Shown here: positions 39,475 through 57,300 of the stretch, piece after piece
How the letters are laid out: every line of letters begins with the position of its first letter
Numbering within the stretch: position 1 is the stretch's first letter
Assembly: GCA_964016885.1 (NCBI GenBank)
Contig: OZ024744.1
Coordinates: 73,470,001 to 73,534,000 of the forward strand
Source of the DNA: Eledone cirrhosa
Taxonomy: Eukaryota
Reading direction: 5' to 3'
DNA: 64,000 nucleotides
The notes under the pieces: model-generated
What the model was told of the DNA's origin: nothing
Database searches by the model: none
The model's input: the letters and a program-made list of their open reading frames with translations, nothing else
Program-made: the position numbers and the translations under genes

Positions 39475-42400
39475 ACACTACCACCACAAACACTACCATC
39501 ACAAACACTACCAGCACAAACACTACCACCACAAACACTACCACCACAAACACTACCACCATAAACACTACCACCACAAACACTACCACCACAAAAACTA
39601 CCACCACAAACACTACCACCACAAACACTACCACCACAAACACTACCACCACAAACACTACCACCACAAACACTACCATTACAAACACTACCACCACAAA
39701 CACTACCACCACAAACACTACCACCACAAACACTACCATCACAACCACTACCACCACAAACACTACCACCACAAACACTACCACCACAAACACTACCACC
39801 ACAAACACTACCATCACAAACACTACCACCACAAACACTACCACCACAAAGACTACCACCACAAACACTACCATCACAACCATTACCACCGCAAACACTA
39901 CCACCACAAACACTACCACCACAAACACTACCACTACAAACACTACCACCCCAAACACTACCACCACAAACACTACCACCACAAACACTACTACTACAAA
40001 CACTACCACCACAAACACTACCACCACAAACACTACCACCACAAACACTACCACCACAACCACTACCACCACAAACACTACCACCACAAACACTACCACC
40101 ACAAACACTACCACCACAGACACTACCACCACAAACACTACCATCACAAACACTACCATCACAAACACTACCACCACAAACACTACCACCACAGACACTA
40201 CCACCACAAACACTACCATCACAAACACTACCATCCCAAACACTACCACCACAAACACTACCACCACAGACACTACCACCACAAACACTACCATCACAAA
40301 CACTACCATCACAAACACTACCACCACAAACACTACCACCACAGACACTACCACCACAAACACTACCATCACAAACACTACCATCACAAACACTACCACC
40401 ACAAACACTACCACCACAAACACTACCACCACCAACACTACCACCACAAACACTACCACCACAAACACTACCACCACAAACACTACCACCACAAACACTA
40501 CCACCACAAACACTACCACCACAAACTCTACCACCACAAACACTACCATCACAAACACTACCACCAAAAACGCTACCACCACAAACACTACCACCACAAA
40601 CACTACCACCATAAACACTACCATCACAAACACCACCACCACAAACACTACCACCACAAACACTACCATCACAAACACTACCACCACAAAAACTACCACC
40701 ACAAACATTACCACCACAAAAACTACCACCACAAACACTACCACCACAAATACTACCACCACAAACACTACCACTACAAACACTACCACCACAAACACTA
40801 CCACCACAAACACTACCACCACAGACACTACCACCACAAACACTACCATCACAAACACTACCATCACAAACACTACCACCACAAACACTACCACCTCAAA
40901 CACTACCACCACCAACACTACCACCACAAACACTACCACCACAAAAACTACCACCACAAACACTACCACCACAAACACTACCACCACAAACACTACCACC
41001 ACAAACACTACCATCACAAACACTTCCACCACAAACACTACCATCACAAACACTACCACCACAAACACTACCACGACAAACACTACCACCACAAACACTA
41101 CCACCACAAACACTACCATCACAAACCCCACCACCACAAACACTACCACCACAAACACTACCATCACAAACACTACCACCACAAAAACTACCACCACAAA
41201 CATTACCACCATAAAAACTACCACCACAAACACTACCACCACAAACACTACCACCACAAACACTACCACCACAAACACTACCACCACAACCACTACCACC
41301 ACAAACACTACCACGACAAACACTACCACCACAAACACTACCACCACAAACACTACCATCACAAACACCACCACCACAAACACTACCACCACAAACACTA
41401 CCATCACAAACACTACCACCACAAAAACTACCACCACAAACATTACCACCACAAAAACTACCACCACAAACACTACCACCACAAACACTACCACCACAAA
41501 CACTACCACCACAAACACTACCATCACAAACACTACCACGACAAACACTACCACCACAAACACTACCACCACAAACACTACCACCACAAACACTACCACC
41601 ACAAACACTACCACCACAAACACTACCACCACAAACACTACCACCACAAACACTACCATCACAAACACTACCACGACAAACACTACCACCACAAACACTA
41701 CCACCACAAACACTACCACCACAAACACTACCACCACAAACACTACCACCACAAACACTACCACCACAAACACTACCACCACAAACACTACCACCACAAA
41801 CACTACCACCACAAACACTACCACCACAAACACTACCACCACAAACACTACCACCACAAACACTACCACCACAAACACTACCACCACAAAGACTACCACC
41901 ACAAACACTACGACCACAAAGACTACCATCACAAACACTACCACCACAAACACTACCACCACAAAGACTACCACCACAACCACTACTACCACAAACACTA
42001 CCACCACAAACACTACCACCACAAACACTACCACCACAAACACTACCACCACAACCACTACCACCACAAACACTACCACCACAAACACTACCACCACAAA
42101 CACTACCACCACAAACACTACCACCACAAACACTACCACCACAACCACTACCACCACAAACACTACCACCACAAACACTACCACCACAAACACTACCACC
42201 ACAAACACTACCACCACAAACACTACCACCACAAACACTACCATCACAAACACTACCACCACAAAGACTACCACCACAAACACTACCACCACAACCACTA
42301 CCACCACAAACACTACCACCACAAACACTACCACCACAAACACTACCACCACAAAGACTACCACCACAAACACTACCACCACAAAGACTACCACCACAAA

Positions 42401-44339
42401 CACTACCACCACAAACACTACCACCACAAACACTACCACCACAAACACTACCACCACAAACACTACCACTACAAACACTACCACCACAAACACTACCATC
42501 ACAAACACTACCACCACAAACACTACCACCACAAACACTACCACCACAAACACTACCACCACAAACACTACCACCACAAAGACTACCACCACAAACACTA
42601 CCACCACAAAGACTACCACCACAAACACTACCACCACAACCACTACCACCACAAACACTACCACCACAAACACTACCACCACAAACACTACCACCACAAA
42701 GACTACCACCACAAACACTACCACCACAAAGACTACCACCACAAACACTACCACCACAAACACTACCACCACAAACACTACCACCACAAACACTACCACC
42801 ACAAAGACTACCACCACAAACACTACCACCACAAAGACTACCACCACAACCACTACCACCACAAACACTACCACCACAAACACTACCACCACAAACACTA
42901 CCACCACAAACACTACCACCACAAACACTACCACCACAAACACTACCATCACAAACACTACCATCACAAACACTACCACCACAAACATTACCACCATAAA
43001 CACTACCACCACAAACACTACCACCACAAACACTACCACTACAACCACTACCACCACAAACACTACCACCTCAAACACTACCATCACAAACACTACCAGC
43101 ACAAACACTACCAGCACAAACACTACCACCACAAACACTACCACCATAAACACTACCACCACAAACACTACCATCACAAACACTACCAGCACAAACACTA
43201 CCACCACAAACACTACCACCACAAACACTACCACCATAAACACTACCACCACAAACACTACCATCACAAACACTACCAGCACAAACACTACCACCACAAA
43301 CACTACCACCACAAACACTACCACCACAACCACTACCACCACAACCACTACCACCACAAACACTACCACCACAAACACTACCACCACAAACACTACCACC
43401 ACAAACACTACCATTACAAACACTACCACCACAAACACTACCACCACAAACACTACCACCACAAACACTACCATCACAACCACTACCACCACAAACACTA
43501 CCACCACAAACACTACCACCACAAACACTACCACCACAAACACTACCACCACAAACACTACCATCACAAACACTACCACCACAAACACTACCACCACAAA
43601 GACTACCACCACAAACACTACCACCACAAACACTACCACCACAAATACTACCATCACAAACAGTACCACCACAAACACTACCACTACAACCACTACCACC
43701 ACAAACACTACCACCACAAACACTACCATCACAAACACTACCACCACAAACACTACCACTACAACCACTACCACCACAAAGACTACCACCACAAACACTA
43801 CCACCACAAACACTACCACCACAAACACTACCATCACAAACACTACCACCACAAACACTACCACCACAAACACTACCATCACAACCATTACCACCGCAAA
43901 CACTACCACCACAAACACTACCACCACAAACACTACCACTACAAACACTACCACCACAAACTCTACCACCACAAACACTACCACCACAAACACTACCGCT
44001 ACAAACACTACCACCACAAACACTACCACCACAAACACTACCACCACAAACACTACCACCACAACCACTACCACCACAAACACTACCACCACAAACACTA
44101 CCACCACTACCACTACCACCACAAACACTACCACCACAAACACTACCACCACAAACACTACCACCACAAACACTACCACCACAAACACTACCATCACAAA
44201 CACTACCACCACAAACACTACCACCACAAACACTACCACCACAAACACTACCACCACAAACACTACCACCACAACCACTACCACCACAAATACTACCATC
44301 ACAAACACTACCATCACAAACACTACCATCACAAACACT

Positions 44340-47300
44340 ACCACCACAAACACTACCACCACAGACACTACCACCACAAACACTACCATCACAAACACTA
44401 CCATCACAAACACTACCACCACAAACACTACCACCACAGACACTACCACCACAAACACTACCATCACAAACACTACCATCACAAACACTACCACCACAAA
44501 CACTACCACCACAAACACTACCACCACAAACACTACCACCACAAACACTACCACCACAAACACTACCACCACAAACACTACCACCACAAACACTACCATC
44601 ACAAACACTACCACCAAAACACTACCACCACAAACACTACCACCACAAACACTACCACCACAAACACTACCATCACAAACACCACCACCACAAACACTAC
44701 CACCACAAACACTACCATCACAAACACTACCACCACAAAAACTACCACCACAAACATTACCACCACAAAAACTACCACCACAAACACTACCACCACAAAT
44801 ACTACCACCACAAACACTACCACTACAAACACTACCACCACAAACACTACCACCACAAACACTACCACCACAGACACTACCACCACAAACACTACCATCA
44901 CAAACACTACCATCACAAACACTACCACCACAAACACTACCACCACAAACACTACCACCACCAACACTACCACCACAAACACTACCACCACAAACACTAC
45001 CACCACAAACACTACCACCACAAACACTACCACCACAAACACTACCACCACAACCACTACCACCACAAACACTACCATCACAAACACTACCACCACAAAC
45101 ACTACCATCACAAACACTACCATCACAAACACTACCACAACAAACACTACCATCACAAACACTACCACCACAAACACTACCACGACAAACACTACCACCA
45201 CAAACACTACCACCACAAACACTACCATCACAAACACCACCACCACAAACACTAGCACCACAAACACTACCATCACAAACACTACCACCACAAAAACTAC
45301 CACCACAAACATTACCACCATAAAAACTACCACCACAAACACTACCACCACAAATACTACCACCACAAACACTACCACCACAAACACTACCACCACAACC
45401 ACTACCACCACAAACACTACCACGACAAACACTACCACCACAAACACTACCACCACAAACACTACCATCACAAACACCACCACCACAAACACTACCACCA
45501 CAAACACTACCATCACAAACACTACCACCACAAAAACTACCTCCACAAACATTACCACCACAAAAACTACCACCACAAACACTACCACCACAAACACTAC
45601 CACCACAACCACTACCACCACAAACACTACCACCACAAACACTACCACCACAAACACTACCATCACAAACACTACCATCACAAACACTACCATCACAAAC
45701 ACTACCACCACAAACACTACCACCACAAACACTACCACCACAAACACTACCACCACAAACACTACCACCACAAACACTACCACCACAAACACTACCACCA
45801 CAAAAACTACCACCACAAACATTACCTCCACAAAAACTACCACCACAAACATTACCACCACAAAAACTACCACCACAAACACTACCACCACAAATACTAC
45901 CACCACAAACACTACCACTACAAACACTACCACCACAAACACTACCACCACAAACACTACCACCACAAACACTACCACCACAAACACTACCACCACAAAC
46001 ACTACCACCACAAACACTACCACCACAAACACTACCATCACAAACACTACCATCACAAACACTACCATCACAAACACTACCACCACAAACACTACCACCA
46101 CAAACACTACCACCACAAACACTACCACCACAAAAACTACCACCACAAACATTACCACCACAAAAACTACCACCACAAACACTACCACCACAAATACTAC
46201 CACCACAAACACTACCACTACAAACACTACCACCACAAACACTACCACCACAAACACTACCACCACAAACACTACCACCACAAACACTACCACCACAAAC
46301 ACTACCACCACAAACACTACCACCACAAACACTACCATCACAAACACTACCACCACAAACACTACCATCACAAACACTACCACCACAAACACTACCATCA
46401 CAAACACTACCACCACAAACACTACCACCACAACCACTACCACCACAAACACTACCACCACAAACACTACCACCACAAACACTACCACCACAAACACTAC
46501 CACCACAAACACTACCACCACAAACACCACCATCACAAACACTACCAGCAAAAACACTACCACCTCAAACACTACCACTACAACCACTACCACCACAAAC
46601 ACTACCACCACAAACACTACCACTACAAACACTACCACCACAAACACTACCATCACAAACACTACCATCACAAACACTACCACCACAAACAGTACCACCA
46701 GAAACACTACCACCACAAACACCACCATCACAAACACTACCACCACAAAGACTACCATCACAAACACTACCACCACAAACACTACCACCTCAAACACTAC
46801 CACTACAACCACTACCACCACAAAACACTACCACCACAACCACTACCACCACAAACACTACCACCACAAACACTACCACCACAAACACTACCACCTCAAA
46901 CACTACCACTACAACCACTACCACCACAAACACTACCACTACAACCACTACCACCACAAACACTACCACCACAAACACTACCACCACAAACACTACCACC
47001 ACAAACACTACCACCACAAACACTACCACCACAAACACTACCACCACAAACACTACCACTACAAACACTACCACCACAAACACTACCACGACAAACACTA
47101 CCACCACAAACACTACCACCACAAACACTACCACCACAAACACTACCACCACAAACACTACCACCACAAACACTACCACCACAAACACTATCACCACAAA
47201 CACTACCATCACAAACACTACCACCTCAAACACTACAACTACAACCACTACCACCACAAACACTACCACCACAAACACTACCACCACAACCACTACCACC

Positions 47301-50300
47301 ACAAACACTACCACCACAAACACTACCACCACAAACACTACCACCACAAACACTACCACCACAACCACTACCACCACAAACACTACCACCACAAACACTA
47401 CCACCACAAACACTACCACCACAAACACTACCACCACAAACACTACCACCACAAACACTACCACCACAAACACTACCACCACAACCACTACCACCACAAA
47501 CACTACCACCACAAACACTACCACCACAACCACTACCACCACAAACACTACCACCACAAACACTACCACCACAAACACTACCACCACAACCACTACCACC
47601 ACAAACACTACCACCACAAACACTACCACCACAAACACTACCATTACAAACACTACCACCACAAACACTACCACCACAAACACTACCACCACAAACACTA
47701 CCATCACAACCACTACCACCACAAACACTACCACCACAAACACTACCACCACAAACACTACCACCACAAACACTACCACCACAAACACTACCATCACAAA
47801 CACTACCACCACAAACACTACCACCACAAAGACTACCACCACAAACACTACCATCACAACCATTACCACCGCAAACATTACCACCACAAACACTACTACC
47901 ACAAACACTACCACTACAAACACTACCACCACAAACACTACCACCACAAACACTACCACCACAAACACTACCACTACAAACACTACCACCACAAACACTA
48001 CCACCACAAACACTACCACCACAAACACTACCACCACAACCACTACCACCACAAACACTACCACCACAAACACTACCACCACAACCACTACCACCACAAA
48101 CACTACCACCACAAACACTACCACCACAAACACTACCACCACAAACACTACCACCACAAACACTACCATCACAAACACTACCACCACAAACACTACCACC
48201 ACAAACACTACCACCACAAACACTACCACCACAAACACTACCACCACAAACACTACCACCACAAACACTACCACCACAACCACTACCACCACAAATACTA
48301 CCATCACAAACACTACCATCACAAACACTACCATCACAAACACTACCACCACAAACACTACCACCACAGACACTACCACCACAAACACTACCATCACAAA
48401 CACTACCATCACAAACACTACCACCACAAACACTACCACCACAGACACTACCACCACAAACACTACCACCACAAACACTACCACCACAAACACTACCACC
48501 ACAAACACTACCACCACAAACACTACCATCACAAACACTACCACCACAAACACTACCACCACAAAGACTACCACCACAAACACTACCATCACAACCATTA
48601 CCACCGCAAACACTACCACCACAAACACTACTACCACAAACACTACCACTACAAACACTACCACCACAAACACTACCACCACAAACACTACCACCACAAA
48701 CACTACCACTACAAACACTACCACCACAAACACTACCACCACGAACACTACCACCACAAACACTACCACCACAACCACTACCACCACAAACACTACCACC
48801 ACAAACACTACCACCACAACCACTACCACCACAAACACTACCACCACAAACACTACTACCACAAACACTACCACCACAAACACTACCACCACAAACACTA
48901 CCATCACAAACACTACCACCACAAACACTACCACCACAAACACTACCACCACAAACACTACCACCACAAACACTACCACCACAAACACTACCACCACAAA
49001 CACTACCACCACAACCACTACCACCACAAATACTACCATCACAAACACTACCATCACAAACACTACCATCACAAACACTACCACCACAAACACTACCACC
49101 ACAGACACTACCACCACAAACACTACCATCACAAACACTACCACCACAGACACTACCACCACAAACACTACCATCACAAACACTACCATCACAAACACTA
49201 CCACCACAAACACTACCACCACAGACACTACCACCACAAACACTACCATCACAAACACTACCATCACAAACACTACCACCACAAACACTACCACCACAAA
49301 CACTACCACCACAAACACTACCACCACAAACACTACCACCACAAACACTACCACCACAAACACTACCACCACAAACACTACCATCACAAACACTACCACC
49401 AAAACACTACCACCACAAACACTACCACCACAAACACTACCACCACAAACACTACCATCACAAACACCACCACCACAAACACTACCACCACAAACACTAC
49501 CATCACAAACACTACCACCACAAAAACTACCACCACAAACATTACCACCACAAAAACTACCACCACAAACACTACCACCACAAATACTACCACCACAAAC
49601 ACTACCACTACAAACACTACCACCACAAACACTACCACCACAAACACTACCACCACAGACACTACCACCACAAACACTACCATCACAAACACTACCATCA
49701 CAAACACTACCACCACAAACACTACCACCACAAACACTACCACCACCAACACTACCACCACAAACACTACCACCACAAACACTACCACCACAAACACTAC
49801 CACCACAAACACTACCACCACAAACACTACCACCACAACCACTACCACCACAAACACTACCATCACAAACACTACCACCACAAACACTACCATCACAAAC
49901 ACTACCATCACAAACACTACCACCACAAACACTACCATCACAAACACTACCACCACAAACACTACCACGACAAACACTACCACCACAAACACTACCACCA
50001 CAAACACTACCATCACAAACACCACCACCACAAACACTAGCACCACAAACACTACCATCACAAACACTACCACCACAAAAACTACCACCACAAACATTAC
50101 CACCATAAAAACTACCACCACAAACACTACCACCACAAATACTACCACCACAAACACTACCACCACAAACACTACCACCACAACCACTACCACCACAAAC
50201 ACTACCACGACAAACACTACCACCACAAACACTACCACCACAAACACTACCATCACAAACACCACCACCACAAACACTACCACCACAAACACTACCATCA

Positions 50301-52790
50301 CAAACACTACCACCACAAAAACTACCTCCACAAACATTACCACCACAAAAACTACCACCACAAACACTACCACCACAAACACTACCACCACAACCACTAC
50401 CACCACAAACACTACCACCACAAACACTACCACCACAAACACTACCATCACAAACACTACCATCACAAACACTACCATCACAAACACTACCACCACAAAC
50501 ACTACCACCACAAACACTACCACCACAAACACTACCACCACAAACACTACCACCACAAACACTACCACCACAAACACTACCACCACAAAAACTACCACCA
50601 CAAACATTACCTCCACAAAAACTACCACCACAAACATTACCACCACAAAAACTACCACCACAAACACTACCACCACAAATACTACCACCACAAACACTAC
50701 CACTACAAACACTACCACCACAAACACTACCACCACAAACACTACCACCACAAACACTACCACCACAAACACTACCACCACAAACACTACCACCACAAAC
50801 ACTACCACCACAAACACTACCATCACAAACACTACCATCACAAACACTACCATCACAAACACTACCACCACAAACACTACCACCACAAACACTACCACCA
50901 CAAACACTACCACCACAAAAACTACCACCACAAACATTACCACCACAAAAACTACCACCACAAACACTACCACCACAAATACTACCACCACAAACACTAC
51001 CACTACAAACACTACCACCACAAACACTACCACCACAAACACTACCACCACAAACACTACCACCACAAACACTACCACCACAAACACTACCACCACAAAC
51101 ACTACCACCACAAACACTACCATCACAAACACTACCACCACAAACACTACCATCACAAACACTACCACCACAAACACTACCATCACAAACACTACCACCA
51201 CAAACACTACCACCACAACCACTACCACCACAAACACTACCACCACAAACACTACCACCACAAACACTACCACCACAAACACTACCACCACAAACACTAC
51301 CACCACAAACACCACCATCACAAACACTACCAGCAAAAACACTACCACCTCAAACACTACCACTACAACCACTACCACCACAAACACTACCACCACAAAC
51401 ACTACCACTACAAACACTACCACCACAAACACTACCACCACAAACACTACCACCACAAACACTACCACCACAAACACTACCACCACAAACACTACCACCA
51501 CAAACACTACCACCACAAACACCACCATCACAAACACTACCACCACAAACACTACCACCACAAACACCACCATCACAAACACTACCAGCAAAAACACTAC
51601 CACCTCAAACACTACCACTACAACCACTACCACCACAAACACTACCACCACAAACACTACCACTACAAACACTACCACCACAAACACTACCACCACAAAC
51701 ACTACCACCACAAACACTACCACCACAAACACTACCACCACAAACACTACCACCACAAACACTACCACCACAAACACTACCATCACAAACACTACCATCA
51801 CAAACACTACCATCACAAACACTACCACCACAAACACTACCACCACAAACACTACCACCACAAACACTACCACCACAAACACTACCACCACAAACACTAC
51901 CACCACAAACACTACCACCACAAAAACTACCACCACAAACATTACCTCCACAAAAACTACCACCACAAACATTACCACCACAAAAACTACCACCACAAAC
52001 ACTACCACCACAAATACTACCACCACAAACACTACCACTACAAACACTACCACCACAAACACTACCACCACAAACACTACCACCACAAACACTACCACCA
52101 CAAACACTACCACCACAAACACTACCACCACAAACACTACCACCACAAACACTACCATCACAAACACTACCATCACAAACACTACCATCACAAACACTAC
52201 CACCACAAACACTACCACCACAAACACTACCACCACAAACACTACCACCACAAAAACTACCACCACAAACATTACCACCACAAAAACTACCACCACAAAC
52301 ACTACCACCACAAATACTACCACCACAAACACTACCACTACAAACACTACCACCACAAACACTACCACCACAAACACTACCACCACAAACACTACCACCA
52401 CAAACACTACCACCACAAACACTACCACCACAAACACTACCACCACAAACACTACCATCACAAACACTACCACCACAAACACTACCATCACAAACACTAC
52501 CACCACAAACACTACCATCACAAACACTACCACCACAAACACTACCACCACAACCACTACCACCACAAACACTACCACCACAAACACTACCACCACAAAC
52601 ACTACCACCACAAACACTACCACCACAAACACTACCACCACAAACACCACCATCACAAACACTACCAGCAAAAACACTACCACCTCAAACACTACCACTA
52701 CAACCACTACCACCACAAACACTACCACCACAAACACTACCACTACAAACACTACCACCACAAACACTACCACCACAAACACTACCACCA
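44340..52790. repeat. ~2.3 kb block 44340-46640 repeated at +4,785 bp (319 units), with a partial third copy at +6,120 bp
   Basis: GAC 44439/49224, 14-bp unit 44616/49401, TAG 45253/50038, AGCAAA 46547/51332; lines 45781/51901 and 46501/52621 match. Confidence 0.87.
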
Positions 52791-54340
52791 CAAACACTAC
52801 CACCACAAACACTACCACTACAAACACTACCACCACAAACACTACCACCACAAACACTACCACCACAAACACTACCACCACAAACACTACCACCACAAAC
52901 ACTACCACCACAAACACTACCATCACAAACACTACCATCACAAACACTACCATCACAAACACTACCACCACAAACAGTACCACCAGAAACACTACCACCA
53001 CAAACACCACCATCACAAACACTACCACCACAAAGACTACCATCACAAACACTACCACCACAAACACTACCACCACAAACACTACCACTACAAACACTAC
53101 CACCACAAACACTACCACGACAAACACTACCACCACAAACACTACCACCACAAACACTACCACCACAAACACTACCACCACAAACACTACCATCACAAAC
53201 ACTACCATCACAAACACTACCATCACAAACACTACCACCACAAACAGTACCACCAGAAACACTACCACCACAAACACCACCATCACAAACACTACCACCA
53301 CAAAGACTACCATCACAAACACTACCACCACAAACACTACCACCACAAACACTACCACTACAAACACTACCACCACAAACACTACCACGACAAACACTAC
53401 CACCACAAACACTACCACCACAAACACTACCACCACAAACACTACCACCACAAACACTACCACCACAAACACTACCACCACAAACACTATCACCACAAAC
53501 ACTACCATCACAAACACTACCACCTCAAACACTACAACTACAACCACTACCACCACAAACACTACCACCACAAACACTACCACCACAACCACTACCACCA
53601 CAAACACTACCACCACAAACACTACCACCACAAACACTACCACCACAAACACTACCACCACAACCACTACCACCACAAACACTACCACCACAAACACTAC
53701 CACCACAAACACTACCACCACAAACACTACCACCACAAACACTACCACCACAAACACTACCACCACAAACACTACCACCACAACCACTACCACCACAAAC
53801 ACTACCACCACAAACACTACCACCACAACCACTACCACCACAAACACTACCACCACAAACACTACCACCACAAACACTACCACCACAAACACTACCACCA
53901 CAAACACTACCACCACAAACACTACCACCACAAACACTACCATTACAAACACTACCACCACAAACACTACCACCACAAACACTACCACCACAAACACTAC
54001 CATCACAACCACTACCACCACAAACACTACCACCACAAACACTACCACCACAAACACTACCACCACAAACACTACCACCACAAACACTACCATCACAAAC
54101 ACTACCACCACAAACACTACCACCACAAAGACTACCACCACAAACACTACCATCACAACCATTACCACCGCAAACATTACCACCACAAACACTACTACCA
54201 CAAACACTACCACTACAAACACTACCACCACAAACACTACCACCACAAACACTACCACCACAAACACTACCACTACAAACACTACCACCACAAACACTAC
54301 CACCACAAACACTACCACCACAAACACTACCACCACAACC
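47030..54340. repeat. ~1 kb block ~47030-48050 repeated at +6,299 bp (420 units - 1 bp)
   Basis: ACTATC ~47190/~53490, TCA-AAC-ACT-ACA-ACT ~47226/~53525, GCAAACATT 47871/54170. Confidence 0.75.
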
Positions 54341-57300
54341 ACTACCACCACAAACACTACCACCACAAACACTACCACCACAAACACTACCACCACAAAC
54401 ACTACCACCACAAACACTACCACCACAACCACTACCACCACAAATACTACCATCACAAACACTACCATCACAAACACTACCATCACAAACACTACCACCA
54501 CAAACACTACCACCACAACCACTACCACCACAAACACTACCATCACAAACACTACCACCACAACCACTACCACCACAAACACTACCATCACAAACACTAC
54601 CATCACAACCACTACCACCACAAACACTACCACCACAAACACTACCACCACAAACACTACCACCACAAACACTACCACCACAAACACTACCATCACAAAC
54701 ACTACCACCACAAACACTACCACCACAAAGACTACCACCACAAACACTACCATCACAACCATTACCACCGCAAACACTACCACCACAAACACTACTACCA
54801 CAAACACTACCACTACAAACACTACCACCACAAACACTACCACCACAAACACTACCACCACAAACACTACCACTACAAACACTACCACCACAAACACTAC
54901 CACCACAAACACTACCACCACAAACACTACCACCACAACCACTACCACCACAAACACTACCACCACAAACACTACCACCACAACCACTACCACCACAAAC
55001 ACTACCACCACAAACACTACTACCACAAACACTACCACCACAAACACTACCACCACAAACACTACCACCACAAACACTACCACCACAAACACTACCACCA
55101 CAACCACTACCACCACAAATACTACCATCACAAACACTACCATCACAAACACTACCATCACAAACACTACCACCACAAACACTACCACCACAGACACTAC
55201 CACCACAAACACTACCATCACAAACACTACCATCACAAACACTACCACCACAAACACTACCACCACAGACACTACCACCACAAACACTACCATCACAAAC
55301 ACTACCATCACAAACACTACCACCACAAACACTACCACCACAAACACTACCACCACCAACACTACCACGACAAACACTACCACCACAAACACTACCACCA
55401 CAAACACTACCACCACAAACACTACCACCACAAACACTACCACCACAAACACTACCACCACAAACACTTCCATCACAAACACTACCACCAAAAACACTAC
55501 CACCACAAACACTACCACCACAAACACTACCACCACAAACACTACCATCACAAACACCACCACCACAAACACTACCACCACAAACACTACCATCACAAAC
55601 ACTACCACCACAAAAACTACCACCACGAACATTACCACCACAAAAACTACCACCACAAACACTACCACCACAAATACTACCACCACAAACACTACCACTA
55701 CAAACACTACCACCACAAACACTACCACCACAAACACTACCACCACAGACACTACCACCACAAACACTACCATCACAAACACTACCATCACAAACACTAC
55801 CACCACAAACACTACCACCACAAACACTACCACCACCAACACTACCACCACAAACACTACCACCACAAACACTACCACCACAAACACTACCACCACAAAC
55901 ACTACCACCACAAACACTACCATCACAAAAACCACCACCACAAACACTACCACCACAAACACTACCATCACAAACACTACCACCACAAAAACTACCACCA
56001 CAAACATTACCACCATAAAAACTACCACCACAAACACTACCACCACAAATACTACCACCACAAACACTACCACCACAAACACTACCACCACAACCACTAC
56101 CACCACAAACACTACCACGACAAACACTACCACCAAAAACACTACCACCACAAACACTACCATCACAAACACCACCACCACAAACACTACCACCACAAAC
56201 ACTACCATCACAAACACTACCACCACAAACACCACCACCACAAACACTACCACCACAAACACTACCACCACAAACACTACCACCACAACCACTACCACCA
56301 CAAAAACTACCTCCACAAACATTACCACCACAAAAACTACCACCACAAACACTACCACCACAAACACTACCACCACAACCACTACCACCACAAACACTAC
56401 CACCACAAACACTACCACCACAAACACTACCATCACAAACACTACCATCACAAACACTACCATCACAAACACTACCACCACAAACACTACCACCACAAAC
56501 ACTACCACCACAAACACTACCACCACAAACACTACCACCACAAACACTACCACCACAAAAACTACCACCACAAACATTACCTCCACAAAAACTACCACCA
56601 CAAACATTACCACCACAAAAACTACCACCACAAACACTACCACCACAAATACTACCACCACAAACACTACCACTACAAACACTACCACCACAAACACTAC
56701 CACCACAAACACTACCACCACAAACACTACCACCACAAACACTACCACCACAAACACTACCACCACAAACACTACCACCACAAACACTACCACCACAAAC
56801 ACTACCACCACAAACACTACCACCACAAACACTACCACCACAAACACTACCACCACAAACACTATCACCACAAACACTACCATCACAAACACTACCACCT
56901 CAAACACTACAACTACAACCACTACCACCACAAACACTACCACCACAAACACTACCACCACAACCACTACCACCACAAACACTACCACCACAAACACTAC
57001 CACCACAAACACTACCACCACAAACACTACCACCACAACCACTACCACCACAAACACTACCACCACAAACACTACCACCACAAACACTACCACCACAAAC
57101 ACTACCACCACAAACACTACCACCACAAACACTACCACCACAAACACTACCACCACAACCACTACCACCACAAACACTACCACCACAAACACTACCACCA
57201 CAACCACTACCACCACAAACACTACCACCACAAACACTACCACCACAAACACTACCACCACAAACACTACCACTACCACCACTACCACCACAAACACTAC

